Positions 8,625 to 18,845 of a stretch of 64,000 bases of DNA are shown piece after piece (the first letter of the stretch is position 1; every line of letters starts with the position of its first letter). Source of the DNA: Candidatus Poribacteria bacterium. GTDB taxonomy: Bacteria; Poribacteria; WGA-4E; WGA-3G. A program made the position numbers and the translations under genes. The notes beneath the pieces were generated by a model. That model searched no databases. It was not told where the DNA came from and was given only the letters and a program-made list of their open reading frames with translations. The DNA lies in the NCBI GenBank assembly GCA_965205015.1, contig OZ242029.1, positions 640,001 to 704,000 of the forward strand, read 5' to 3'.

Positions 8625-11600
8625 ATGGACGATAGGTTTACACAAGCCAGTGGAACACATGTCTATACTGGATGCGAGTTATTAGTTAAGGGTGCCTTAG
8701 AGAGTGGTGTTAGCCTCCTCACAGGTTATCCCGGTTCCCCAATCGCCGAAGTATTTGACATTATCGAACGCAGTGCCGAATTGTTGAAAACCAATGGCAT
8801 CGTCGCGCAGATAGCCAACAATGAGGCATTGAGCATCGCGCGACTCAACGGTTCGCAGATGGCGGATGTCCGCGCGATTGCGTTTATGAAAAGCGTCGGT
8901 TTTCATGTCGCTTCCGATGCTCTGGCGATTAGTAACCTTGCCGGAACGACCAGTGGTGCAGTCGTGGTTGTCGGTGATGACACATGGTCGCACAGTACCC
9001 AGGTCCCCGCGGATTCCCGATTTTTGGCACGGCATGTCCAAACCCCTCTTATTGAACCTGCGACCTTTCAGGAACTTAAGGACTGGATTCACTGCGCCTT
9101 CAAGATTTCTGCAGCATCGAACCTCTATGTCTGTTATTTAACCACCGAAAATCAGGCAAGCGGAGGTGGTAATGTTGAACTCCACCCTAATATCTATCCC
9201 GAAATTAGCGACTTGCAGCAGATTAACTTGGATACCCACCTCATTGATGCCGATAAACGGGTTGTCCTACCGCCACATACTGCACAGATCGAAGTGGAGG
9301 CATTACGAGAACGGATCCCCGCCGCCCTTGAAACAGCACGGAACCTTGGGCTCAACACAATCCAATTCATGGGAGAAACGTCAAGTCGGAAGAAGCACCG
9401 TCTTGGATTTGTCAGTGCTGGCTTAGCTTACAGTTGCCTCCGCCACGCACTCGGGGAATTGCAGTTGGACGGTGAGATTCCAATTCTCAAACTCGGTATG
9501 ACACACCCTATTGACTTGGACCTCATCAGAGAGTTTACTGCACAGGTTGACGAAATCTACGTCGTTGAGGAAAAACGCCCGCTTTTAGAGAATGACATAA
9601 AAGCATTCATTACGCATGGCTATCAGAGTGGAGACATTGATCGATATGTAAACGTGTGGGGCAAACAATTTCCCAAAGGCATGGCAGGCATCCCGGTAAC
9701 TTCTGGTTTAGACGCTTCTATTCTTATTCAAAAACTCATCCCACTTCTCAAACACCTTCTCGGCAATGGCAGTCAGCCGTCAGCAGTCGGCGGTCAGCAA
9801 CGAGGTATTCCGTCCGCAGGCTTCCGACAGCCGGTTGCTGAAAGCCATACCGTAACCTACCATACTCCAAAAATTGATCTGGAACATTTCTCACGCGAAG
9901 AAACACTCCAAAAACAGGTCTCCGAACAGCACATCGACATTCCGCAACGGACGCCTACCTTTTGTCCGGGCTGTCCTCATCGTGATTCTTCGAGCGTCTT
10001 CCTTGAAATTACGAAGCAATTCATGGATGTGGACTATATGAAGAAGCATCATGATTCAGGTCCCATCGATCTCGTCTTTCACGGGGATATCGGTTGCTAT
10101 TCAATGCTCAAATATGAACCGTTTCCACGCCTCATGCACAACCTTTCGGCGATGGCGTTAGGTGGCGGTGCCGGGGCTGGTATTGACCCCTTTATCAAAA
10201 ACAAGCAGGTCGTTTTTATGGGGGATTCGACCTTTTTCCACGGCGGAATGGCAGCGATTTCGGATTCAATCAAGAACAACCAAGACATCGCCTACATTAT
10301 TTTAGATAACCAGACAACAGCGATGACTGGACATCAACCGACGCCTGCTGGTGAGTTGGACCTCCTCGGCAATCCGACGTTCGCACAAGACATTGAACAC
10401 GTCGCACAAGGACTCACCGGCGATTCCGATATAGAAATCGTGCGCACCAACCCAGAAGACAGGGTAAACTACAAAAAATATCTGGAGAAAACCATCCTCA
10501 AACCCGGCGTCAAAATCGTTATCGCCGATAAGGAGTGTGCGATCACCTATCAGCGTCGCCTCCGACGTGAACACCGGCAAACACTCGCTAAAGATGGTTT
10601 TCTTAAACACGAAAAGCATATCAATATAACCCCTGAGGTCTGTGAGTTTTGTCGAGAGTGTACCACTGCGACGGGATGTCCGGGTTTAAAAATAGTCGAT
10701 ACCGATTATGGCGATAAAATCGCCATCGATCAGTCAAATTGCGTCTCCGATGGGGCTTGTGCTCGAATCAAATACGCATGCCCGGCGTTTGAAGAGGTTA
10801 TCGTTACACGCAAACGTCCGCCTCAAAATCAAACAACAGAATCCAGAAATCGTTTGCTCCTGAGTGATGCCCCTTTACCACCGCCCCCCCTACAGACGTT
10901 CGATCGGAGTTGGAACATGTACGCTGCAGGTGTTGGGGGCATGGGGATTGGGACGATCTCGAAAGTCCTCGTTGTTGCAGGCTATCTTCAGGGCTATAAC
11001 GTGACGTTTTGCGATAGGAAAGGATTGGCAATCCGCAATGGCGGGGTCTATACACACATCGTGTATACGCAACCGGGTGTTCACGCCTGTCCGATGATTC
11101 CTTATGGCAAAGCAGATCTCCTATTAGGACTTGATATTTTAGAGGCGGTCCGTGGTATCACTGGACAATCCCTTTTCCGCATCGCATCATCGAATCGAAC
11201 CACTGCAGTCGTGAATACAGCGAAAACTGAAACGATCACCACGCTTATTGGTAAGGACCATTTCGATCCCGAGACACTTGAGGAATCACTTCAGACCTAT
11301 ACGAACGCGGACACGTATTTTGGGACGGATCTATTTACAGTCTCTGAGCAATTGTTCGGCAACAAACTGTACGCGAATATGATGCTTCTGGGGACTGCTT
11401 TCCAACGTCAATTGATACCTCTCGAATTGGAACCTCTCCAATTGGCACTGAAGCAGATGATGCCACACGCTGATTTGGATACCAATATGAAAGCATTCAC
11501 CGTTGGACGGCGTCTTGCATTAGAAGACCCTAAATCCGTTGTGGAGACAGGTTCAGAAAATCCTCTGGGAACTTATGCCGAAATGCTTTCTGCAAAACAA

Positions 11601-12308
11601 CAGATCTTAGAAAAAAAACGCAATGGGAAACGTTTAACGCGAGAATACGTAACACTTGTTAAAAGTACCGTTGAGACACTTGATCTCGATTTAGACAGCA
11701 TCCACCGGATCCTCGCCCTCTATATCTATGATTTGATTCAGTTCGAGGATATCAACTACGCGCGCGCATACGTTGAAAAGATTAAACAGGTCCATGCGCA
11801 TGACTCAGAAGCATACCAGTATCGGGCGACAAAAGCCGCGATTCGTTATCTTCACAAGGTGATGCTCATCAAAGACGAAGTCTACGTCGCACATCTGCTA
11901 ACGAGCGAAGAAAAATTGCAGCGGGATAAGGAATTGTATAAGGTTGACACAGCAAACGGCGATAGGATTAAATACGTCCATCTCAATCGTCCACACTTCA
12001 CCGTCATGGGGCTTGATTTTGAAGGGGACATTGACACACGCAATTGGCAATTGCATCTGATGAAACGGATGAAGTTCCTAAGACGTTGGCTTCCAGAGTG
12101 GCACGCCAAGGAAAAAGCGTTCCGAGAGTGGTATATTACTCGCGTAATCGATACCTTCTCACCGACTGACACTGAGACGTACGAGAAGCATCTCCAAGCG
12201 TTAGAATGTGTAGAGGAAGTCCGTGGCTATCGAGACATTCGCTATCCGAAAATGGAAGCGGCAAAACAGAAAGTTGAAGAATGGTTGTCGGTTGGCAGCC
12301 GTCAGTAG
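8625..12308 (+). CDS. Fused indolepyruvate ferredoxin oxidoreductase-family protein (alpha+beta)
   Basis: TGYPGSP, FCPGCPH, GDIGCY, GDSTFFH TPP motif, CEFCREC ferredoxin motif, GVGGMG POR domain, C-terminal DUF6537-like region. Confidence 0.9.
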   Translation: MDDRFTQASGTHVYTGCELLVKGALESGVSLLTGYPGSPIAEVFDIIERSAELLKTNGIVAQIANNEALSIARLNGSQMADVRAIAFMKSVGFHVASDALAISNLAGTTSGAVVVVGDDTWSHSTQVPADSRFLARHVQTPLIEPATFQELKDWIHCAFKISAASNLYVCYLTTENQASGGGNVELHPNIYPEISDLQQINLDTHLIDADKRVVLPPHTAQIEVEALRERIPAALETARNLGLNTIQFMGETSSRKKHRLGFVSAGLAYSCLRHALGELQLDGEIPILKLGMTHPIDLDLIREFTAQVDEIYVVEEKRPLLENDIKAFITHGYQSGDIDRYVNVWGKQFPKGMAGIPVTSGLDASILIQKLIPLLKHLLGNGSQPSAVGGQQRGIPSAGFRQPVAESHTVTYHTPKIDLEHFSREETLQKQVSEQHIDIPQRTPTFCPGCPHRDSSSVFLEITKQFMDVDYMKKHHDSGPIDLVFHGDIGCYSMLKYEPFPRLMHNLSAMALGGGAGAGIDPFIKNKQVVFMGDSTFFHGGMAAISDSIKNNQDIAYIILDNQTTAMTGHQPTPAGELDLLGNPTFAQDIEHVAQGLTGDSDIEIVRTNPEDRVNYKKYLEKTILKPGVKIVIADKECAITYQRRLRREHRQTLAKDGFLKHEKHINITPEVCEFCRECTTATGCPGLKIVDTDYGDKIAIDQSNCVSDGACARIKYACPAFEEVIVTRKRPPQNQTTESRNRLLLSDAPLPPPPLQTFDRSWNMYAAGVGGMGIGTISKVLVVAGYLQGYNVTFCDRKGLAIRNGGVYTHIVYTQPGVHACPMIPYGKADLLLGLDILEAVRGITGQSLFRIASSNRTTAVVNTAKTETITTLIGKDHFDPETLEESLQTYTNADTYFGTDLFTVSEQLFGNKLYANMMLLGTAFQRQLIPLELEPLQLALKQMMPHADLDTNMKAFTVGRRLALEDPKSVVETGSENPLGTYAEMLSAKQQILEKKRNGKRLTREYVTLVKSTVETLDLDLDSIHRILALYIYDLIQFEDINYARAYVEKIKQVHAHDSEAYQYRATKAAIRYLHKVMLIKDEVYVAHLLTSEEKLQRDKELYKVDTANGDRIKYVHLNRPHFTVMGLDFEGDIDTRNWQLHLMKRMKFLRRWLPEWHAKEKAFREWYITRVIDTFSPTDTETYEKHLQALECVEEVRGYRDIRYPKMEAAKQKVEEWLSVGSRQ
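9766..9848. repeat. Repeat family A inserted in frame in the oxidoreductase
   Basis: ATGGCAGTCAGCCGTCAGCAGTCGGCGGTCAGC...CCGACAGCCGGTTGCTGAAAGCCAT. Confidence 0.8.
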
Positions 12309-12383
12309 TCAGTGGCTTGGAAGATTGAGGCACCCATCCTTCTATTCCTCCATTTCTTCACTGATAACCGCTCACTGAAGACT
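12281..12383. repeat. Repeat family A overlapping the oxidoreductase 3' end
   Basis: ATGGTTGTCGGTTGGCAGCCGTCAGTAGTCAG...ACTGATAACCGCTCACTGAAGACT. Confidence 0.75.
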
Positions 12384-12391
12384 AAAAAACA

Positions 12392-13246
12392 ATGCAGACA
12401 CGACATATATTGACCGGACACACTCGTATTGTCGGTGTTATCGGTGATCCCGTTGAACACAGTCGTTCACCACAAATGCACAATGCCGCTTTTGCTGAAG
12501 CAGGTCTCGATTATGTATATGTCCCGTTTCATGTACGTCCCGATGATTTGGCAGATGCGATTGCTGGATTTAAAGCGATTAATGTTGTCGGTATTAACGT
12601 AACGCTCCCACACAAACAAGCAGTTATCCCGTTCCTTACATCGATCTCTCGGGAAGCGGAACTCATCGGTGCTGTGAACACACTGACGTTTGTTGAAGGG
12701 AACATACATGGCGATAATACAGATGCGCCGGGCGTCTTACAAGCTTTAGAAGAGGACGGAAACATGTCTGTCCCGATAGGCGAAAATGTCGTCATTTTAG
12801 GAGCAGGTGGGGCTGCACGGGCTGTCGTTGTTGCGTTAGCACTCAGGGGTGTAGCATCGATCACAATCGCCAATCGCACAGTGGAAAAAGCGGTTTCTTT
12901 AGCAGAAGAGATGGATCAGAAGACAGGGGTTTCCATGCAAGGCATCGGTCTCACAGATGAACGATTGCCTCTATCTGTTCGCAAGAGCAAACTCCTTGTC
13001 AACACGGCGACGACGAGCATGGATGTAACACAACCTTTGCTGATTTCTGCTGACTGGCTTCAACCAAATACTATTGTTTACGACATTGTGTATACACCCC
13101 CGGTCACACCTTTGATGCAAGCTGCGACTGCGCGCGGATGTCAAACGCTTGGCGGCATCGGGATGTTAGTCCATCAGGGGGCTATCGCTTTTGAAACGTG
13201 GACGGGTGTTACACCCTGTACTGAGACAATGCGTCAAGCCCTATAG
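12392..13246 (+). CDS. aroE: Shikimate dehydrogenase
   Basis: HSRSPQMHN, NVTLPHK, GAVNT, NTD, GAGGAA, DIVY.P, MLVHQG. Confidence 0.96.
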   Translation: MQTRHILTGHTRIVGVIGDPVEHSRSPQMHNAAFAEAGLDYVYVPFHVRPDDLADAIAGFKAINVVGINVTLPHKQAVIPFLTSISREAELIGAVNTLTFVEGNIHGDNTDAPGVLQALEEDGNMSVPIGENVVILGAGGAARAVVVALALRGVASITIANRTVEKAVSLAEEMDQKTGVSMQGIGLTDERLPLSVRKSKLLVNTATTSMDVTQPLLISADWLQPNTIVYDIVYTPPVTPLMQAATARGCQTLGGIGMLVHQGAIAFETWTGVTPCTETMRQAL

Positions 13247-13316
13247 ACCTGACTCTCCACTGGAGAGTTTCAAAGGAATTCCTTTTCGGCACACCAGCGA
13301 GGTGCCAGGTCTATAG
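13241..13316. repeat. 76-bp MITE-like palindromic element
   Basis: 11-bp terminal inverted repeats CTATAGACCTG/CAGGTCTATAG with two internal hairpins; contains the aroE stop codon. Confidence 0.7.
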
Positions 13317-13376
13317 AGTCATCTCACAATCCTATATGGTTCACTAAGACATACGAAAGGGGTCAATAATAATACA

Positions 13377-13679
13377 ATGCAACAAGAACAGGATTTTATG
13401 CCGATTCGTTTCGTTATACTCGGCACACCTTATACCATAAAACCGACAGAAGAACTCACGCCAGAAGCAATCAATGAACTGGTTGAATACGTCAAAAGTT
13501 TAGTTGAATCCTATCTCAGAAAAGGCTTTGATGAACAAAGGGTTCCCTTGCTGGTCGCTTTTCACATCGCTGATGAAAAACGGCGTCTTCAGGAAAAGTA
13601 TGAATCTCCGTTGCACCGAATAGCGGAGAGACTCCAATTTGGGATTGAAGAGGAGACGGAGGATCAGCGTTCCGATTGA
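13377..13679 (+). CDS. zapA: Cell division protein ZapA-like
   Basis: 100 aa, ILG..Y.I and LLVAFHIADE followed by a coiled coil. Confidence 0.7.
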   Translation: MQQEQDFMPIRFVILGTPYTIKPTEELTPEAINELVEYVKSLVESYLRKGFDEQRVPLLVAFHIADEKRRLQEKYESPLHRIAERLQFGIEEETEDQRSD

Positions 13680-13699
13680 AGTTTTTAAGCTATGGGACC

Positions 13700-15064
13700 C
13701 TAACGGAGCAACAGCACAGCGAGAATACCAAGTACCGGCAATAAGACGATTAGAACTTTGACTTCAACCAGATAATTTTTGTAACGTTGAACTGCAGAAT
13801 TCTGCTCTATCCACCGGTTGATGAATTCAATGCGTCGATGGATGGACGGATGGGTGTTGAAGATTTCAAAGAAACGCTGGATCGACCTGGGCACTGAATT
13901 CAGGACTGCGAGTTTCGCCAAAGCCCCTTTGAACGCTTCCGGTTTCTCCGTAAGCCTCACCGCATATAAGTCGGCTTGATGTTCACAACGCCTTGACAAA
14001 TACCGGAAGATAAATATGAAATAAATGATGAGAAAGGTCAGCGAACATAACGTCGATACCACTGAGAAAAAAGGGTGTGCTTCTCCAATGTATGCCACCA
14101 ACGGTTCTTCAACAAGGACAAAGAAAAAAGGATAATTCAAGAGATAGAAGAGTGAAAAAAGCATATATGTCGGAATGTGCCTATAGTGGATATGTCCAAG
14201 TTCATGAGCGACGACAGTTTCAATTTCGTCATCTGTGAAGTATTCAAGCAGCGCGTCTGTCAGAAAAATCCGACGATTCCATGAAAAGGTCCCCGCGACA
14301 GCTGCGTTGGCTATTAACAGTGAACCGGTTTGCCACACGACAACTTCCCGATATTTTATACCGCTCCGCCTCGTTAAACGGTCTAACTTCTCCTTGAGCA
14401 CGGAATCCACGGCGAGTCGGTCGGTTTTCCATAAAAATTGCATCAATAACGGGGCAAAGATATACATGGCAACAATTACCGGTAGAATCAGCCCAATGAG
14501 AATGTATGAATGCTCAACAATGAATACTTTTGCTGCATACGGGAGCCAGTGAATAGCGTCCATTATCACCAAATACAGGAACATCGGCAACAACGGGAAA
14601 AGCAAAAACTTGAATTGTAGACTGAGAATCTCTCTGTAATGCCCCGGTTGAAGCCTATTCACCCGATAAAACGCAAGTCGGATACAGATGAGTCCGATCA
14701 GTAGGGGCAGCAACGCGAGGGTCTGGCGTAAATGTGCCATCGGAAAGAAGGCAAAGTATTTGTCAATCAGCATCGGCAGATTCAATAGATACAGATTGCA
14801 GAGGTAGGCCGCTAAACTGAGGCACTCAAAAACAATCATGAAGCGTCGCAGGCGATAGAGAGCAGGTAGGTTCTCCTCTTCCTGGGCAGAAAAGGTTCTC
14901 GCAACATAGAATGTCACGAAACATGTGATAAGAATAGGGAATCCTGTCAAGACAATTGTCCAGAGGAGCACCTGCGCATCACTGATATTCATGCTTGTTT
15001 GCGGCGGCTCAAAGGAAAAAAGAAAGAGGAGCCCGGCAATTAAGATGATACTTATCTGTCCCAT
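13700..15064 (-). CDS. M48 family (Ste24/HtpX-like) membrane zinc metalloprotease
   Basis: ANAAVAG, AHELGH, EHQAD, THPS..RRI; multi-TM. Confidence 0.9.
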   Translation of the reverse strand: MGQISIILIAGLLFLFSFEPPQTSMNISDAQVLLWTIVLTGFPILITCFVTFYVARTFSAQEEENLPALYRLRRFMIVFECLSLAAYLCNLYLLNLPMLIDKYFAFFPMAHLRQTLALLPLLIGLICIRLAFYRVNRLQPGHYREILSLQFKFLLFPLLPMFLYLVIMDAIHWLPYAAKVFIVEHSYILIGLILPVIVAMYIFAPLLMQFLWKTDRLAVDSVLKEKLDRLTRRSGIKYREVVVWQTGSLLIANAAVAGTFSWNRRIFLTDALLEYFTDDEIETVVAHELGHIHYRHIPTYMLFSLFYLLNYPFFFVLVEEPLVAYIGEAHPFFSVVSTLCSLTFLIIYFIFIFRYLSRRCEHQADLYAVRLTEKPEAFKGALAKLAVLNSVPRSIQRFFEIFNTHPSIHRRIEFINRWIEQNSAVQRYKNYLVEVKVLIVLLPVLGILAVLLLR

Positions 15065-15069
15065 TCTAT

Positions 15070-15163
15070 TTTTCTAATTTTCCTTTTTTTAATTTACCTT
15101 GCGGTTAAACAACGTGGTATTGTGCTTTAAGGTGTTTTCTCAAATCCGCTTGTTGCAGGCTAC
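15070..15163 (-). repeat. Repeat family B upstream of the M48 gene
   Basis: GTAGCCTGCAACAAGCGGATTTGAG...AACCGCAAGGTAAATTAAAAAAAGGAAAATTAGAAAA on the minus strand. Confidence 0.75.
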
Positions 15164-15288
15164 ACACTTCGGACGAATCTTGCGATGGAATCTCTGGCGA
15201 GTCATAGAATTCTAACGTATCTCGTATCAAAAATCAAGGACGTTTTAAAGGCGTGTGCCAACTGCTTTCGCATTTGTGAAAAAAACTC

Positions 15289-15318
15289 TTGACTTTTTTT
15301 AGGAAAAAGTTGTATAAT
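15289..15318 (+). promoter_or_regulatory. Sigma70-type promoter about 280 nt upstream of the OmpA-family gene
   Basis: TTGACT-18 nt-TATAAT. Confidence 0.6.
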
Positions 15319-15595
15319 TGATAGTAAAAGTGTCTGTGAGCATAAACCGCTTGCAGGTCTCCCATATTGCAAGGTCGTGATGCAGTTTCGGTCTTTGAAA
15401 AACCGTGTCTGCGCGGGCAGTGAATTGTCCTGTTTGCATACATACACTGATGACGGGATTTGAGAAGAATTCCGGGGAAAATAATAGCGTACATCATATA
15501 GAAAGTTGATTTTTTGGCGTAAGTTGAGAGCCGGCTTCTTGACATCGGCTTGCAAGCAACGCACTAAATTGTTGTAAAAAACTTAGGAGGAATCC

Positions 15596-16474
15596 ATGAT
15601 AAGTAGAACCGCTTTCACAATTATCGCTCTTCTGGGTGTTGCACTTGTTGTGAGTAGTTGCGGCAAGTTAGATCAGGAAGAGTTTGAAATGTGGAAGAAT
15701 GAACATGTCTCGCAGATGGAACAAACTGACGCAGACCTGTCAAACAAAATTACAATGCTGGATAGCAAGGTTGATCAGCAGGGTACAGACCTAAAAGAAG
15801 CTATCTCCAGAGCGAAAGATGAGGCGATTGCCGCCTCCCAACAAGGAGATGCCGATAGTATTGCTGCTGCGAAGCAAAGTGCCAAAGAGCAGGATGCACA
15901 ACTTCGCGCCGATCTGACGAAGTCTATTGACATGCAAGGACAAAAAGCGATGGACTTTGCCAAAGGTGAAGATGCCAAACTGCAAAAACAACTTGATGCC
16001 CAGGGAGAAGCCGATACAGCCCAAGACGCAGCGATAAAGCAGCTTGAATCTAAAGTCATGGCTTTGGAGGAAGGTTTAGCCATGGTGGCAGAAGAGGTTG
16101 CTGCAGCACCGACACTGCTGGTTACTGTCACTTTCGCCAGTGGTCGTACCAGTTTATCCAGCGACGGCAAGCAGATGCTTGACGGTATCGTTGAACACCT
16201 CATGGAAGCTTCGGACGCAAAGATCAAGGTTGTTGGACACGCTGATGGCATGCCAGTCCTGAAGGGAAGTTACAGAAGTAATTGGGACCTCTCACAGGCA
16301 CGCGCGAACGCTGCTGCAAAGTACTTGCAATCCAAGGGAATCGCTGCTGGCAGAATTGAGGCTGTTGGTAAAGCACACACGGATCCTGTTGCGCCACAGA
16401 ACACTGCCGCCGGTAGAGCCATGAATCGTCGGGTCGAAGTTATTCTGGTTCCTGCACATAGCCATCCACATTAA
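15596..16474 (+). CDS. OmpA/MotB-domain lipoprotein with a long coiled coil
   Basis: Lipobox VSSC; SD AGGAGG; VVGHAD, NWDLSQARA, NRRVE motifs. Confidence 0.88.
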   Translation: MISRTAFTIIALLGVALVVSSCGKLDQEEFEMWKNEHVSQMEQTDADLSNKITMLDSKVDQQGTDLKEAISRAKDEAIAASQQGDADSIAAAKQSAKEQDAQLRADLTKSIDMQGQKAMDFAKGEDAKLQKQLDAQGEADTAQDAAIKQLESKVMALEEGLAMVAEEVAAAPTLLVTVTFASGRTSLSSDGKQMLDGIVEHLMEASDAKIKVVGHADGMPVLKGSYRSNWDLSQARANAAAKYLQSKGIAAGRIEAVGKAHTDPVAPQNTAAGRAMNRRVEVILVPAHSHPH

Positions 16475-16631
16475 TTCCAAATCATTCATTGGGCGGAAAC
16501 CGTTCTAATTCCTTCGGCCCAATGAGTGCAATCCAAGTATTTTTCTATCAATATAGAGGCGGGTCGTTGTACCCGCCTACTGCTGTCGTATCACTGTTCT
16601 ATACGCGCAGTGGATAAGGACTTCACCGCTC

Positions 16632-17315
16632 ATGCGTTTAGTATTTGCTTGTTGCTTGCTTCTGTTGTTAATTCCCTGCATAACACTTGCAGATACCACC
16701 GATGTGCAACCCCTACGCCCCTCCCCCGTCAGAGATTTTTTAGCGGAACACCTGCGATCTCCGTCGTTTCAATTGTCCCTATTTTCATACAAACCGGAGT
16801 TGGGCAGTTTAACCGATATCCTCCAGAGTGTTGGGGTAACGCGGATTCCGAGCCAACTGTTGCCCATGTTTTCGGTTGTATTTGAACATAGCACTGAATT
16901 AGATTCACGTTTGGAGATCGGCTATTGGCAAATGGAACTTAACATTCCGCCGCCTGTCTCAGCGAGTCTCTCTACCACGCTCATTCCGATTTCATATCAG
17001 TTTATCTATCGTCCGGTGCTGCTCTCCGAATATCTCCCAATCTACTTGGGGGGTGGGATCGGTTATTTGGGAGCAAGTTTTAGCGGTAACGCAATAGATC
17101 TCATTGAACAACAGGGCATCAGCTTTGGCAATAGCCCCTCAGGTCCAACAGGATACGTTCTCATCGGAGCAGAACTGCTGCAGTGGGACTCTAATTTTTC
17201 ACTCAATTTTGAGGTGAAACGGATACTCAAAACTGTGAAAACAACCGGCACTACACCCCTCGATCTGATTTTAGACGGCACCGCGATCGGTTTAGGCATC
17301 AAAATGCGGTTTTAA
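16632..17315 (+). CDS. Putative outer-membrane beta-barrel protein
   Basis: Signal peptide, YLGGGIGY strand pattern, C-terminal Phe. Confidence 0.65.
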   Translation: MRLVFACCLLLLLIPCITLADTTDVQPLRPSPVRDFLAEHLRSPSFQLSLFSYKPELGSLTDILQSVGVTRIPSQLLPMFSVVFEHSTELDSRLEIGYWQMELNIPPPVSASLSTTLIPISYQFIYRPVLLSEYLPIYLGGGIGYLGASFSGNAIDLIEQQGISFGNSPSGPTGYVLIGAELLQWDSNFSLNFEVKRILKTVKTTGTTPLDLILDGTAIGLGIKMRF

Positions 17316-17411
17316 ATGGCGATCAGCTGTCGGCTGTCGGTTATCGTTTAAGAAACGCCGCTTGCTGACGACTGACTGCGTCTTTGCTGATGGCTGAAGA
17401 CTGATGGCTAT
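17316..17411. repeat. Repeat family A
   Basis: ATGGCGATCAGCTGTCGGCTGTCGG...GCTGATGGCTGAAGACTGATGGCTAT. Confidence 0.8.
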
Positions 17412-17418
17412 CTCACCG

Positions 17419-18837
17419 ATGTTCTTAAAGCATGGTAAGCGTATTTTTCCATTTGTTGTCTGTCTCGTATTCGGCTATATCATCGGTGGTTACTCGGATA
17501 CGCCGCTCCCACTTCTGAGTTTACTGGCTGTAACGTGTGCTTTCGTCTTTTTAGGCATGGAGCTTGCAGTCTATCTGCTGTTAATCGCGCTCCCCTTTTC
17601 ATTTCGCTATATTCTCCCAGGCCGCTTCGAGATTCAAACACCGACAGAACCCCTCTTAGGGATGCTCGTCGCCGTTTATTGCGCGCGGCGAATCCTCGAT
17701 TGGGTGATCCGGTCAGGAATCGGAGTTCCCTCCTACGGGGACAAACCGAAAAATACCTTCCCGTTTTTTCTCCCACTTTGCCTCTACATCTTTGTTACCT
17801 TCCTGTCTGTAATCAACACCCCCGATCTTTTTGGCACACTGAAAGGGGCACTCCGAGCGACAGTCTACATGCTGTTTAGCGTGATTGTGCACGCCGTCAT
17901 CCAAAACAGGACTTCTCTGAAACGGCTTTTTATTGCCAGTTTTCCATCCGCTGCGGTTGCTGTCATTTGGACAGTTATTGTTCTGATTTATCACATAGAT
18001 GCGTGGCAGTGGACGAGCGCGTATCGGCGCGCGCCGTTTACGAACTATTCTGTTTACGGCGCGTTTACGGCACTCTTCTTCCTCGTCTGCCTGAGTCGTC
18101 TCCTCTTTGACAATAGTGGGTACGATCGTGTGCGCTGGACAGCATGGTTCTTATGCTTCGGCGTGGGGCTCCTCATGTGCTTTTCACGTGGGGTCTGGCT
18201 ATCGGTCATCGTTGCGATCGGTTTCATGCTGCTGCAACTCGGAAAAGGCGTTACGCATAAAAAGATTGTGTTTATCGGCACTGCGTGCCTTCTCTTATTG
18301 ATATGTCTGAATTTGCCGGGCATCTACAACATTCTCGTTGAACGTATTACATCCGCGATCGATCTTAGTTACGCTTCAAACCGAGCGCGCTTGTTACGAT
18401 GGGGACAGGCATTCGTGATGTTCTCTGAAAGTCCTATTTTGGGGAAGGGGTACGGTGCATTTGCGATGTTGTATGAGGAGGATGTCGCACTCGTTGGAAG
18501 TTATACGGCGCAGTACCAACTCGGTGCACACAGTGAATACCTTCAAGTAATGGCGGAATTGGGAATCGTTGGATTAGGGATATGGGTATGGCTGAATTTT
18601 GCCTTTCTACGCTACGGGTTTCGTGCCCTCCAAACGTTAGAAGACGGCTTTTACCGTGCCATGGTCATTGGATTAATGGCGGCAGAAATCTCATTGATGG
18701 TGCATTTCACAGTGAACAACCTATTGAACGGTGATGCCATTGGAGTCCCTTTCTGGGGTATCTATGGACTATTGCCGGCTGTCGTGCAAATGGCGAATCG
18801 CGAAAAGACTATACGCGAAACCGGACCAAGATTTTAG
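17419..18837 (+). CDS. O-antigen ligase (Wzy_C/WaaL-like) family protein
   Basis: FSRG, S..AR...W, PILGKGYG, AHSEYLQVMAELGIVG; ATG 17404 lies inside repeat A, so 17419 is preferred. Confidence 0.88.
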   Translation: MFLKHGKRIFPFVVCLVFGYIIGGYSDTPLPLLSLLAVTCAFVFLGMELAVYLLLIALPFSFRYILPGRFEIQTPTEPLLGMLVAVYCARRILDWVIRSGIGVPSYGDKPKNTFPFFLPLCLYIFVTFLSVINTPDLFGTLKGALRATVYMLFSVIVHAVIQNRTSLKRLFIASFPSAAVAVIWTVIVLIYHIDAWQWTSAYRRAPFTNYSVYGAFTALFFLVCLSRLLFDNSGYDRVRWTAWFLCFGVGLLMCFSRGVWLSVIVAIGFMLLQLGKGVTHKKIVFIGTACLLLLICLNLPGIYNILVERITSAIDLSYASNRARLLRWGQAFVMFSESPILGKGYGAFAMLYEEDVALVGSYTAQYQLGAHSEYLQVMAELGIVGLGIWVWLNFAFLRYGFRALQTLEDGFYRAMVIGLMAAEISLMVHFTVNNLLNGDAIGVPFWGIYGLLPAVVQMANREKTIRETGPRF

Positions 18838-18845
18838 TGATTTTT

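Noticed and set aside
13680-13700. 6S RNA after zapA
   Set aside because: Only about 20 nt separate zapA from the convergent M48 gene
15202-15564. Minus-strand ORFs of 120 and 103 aa
   Set aside because: No SD or recognisable motif; they overlap the promoter and leader of the OmpA-family gene
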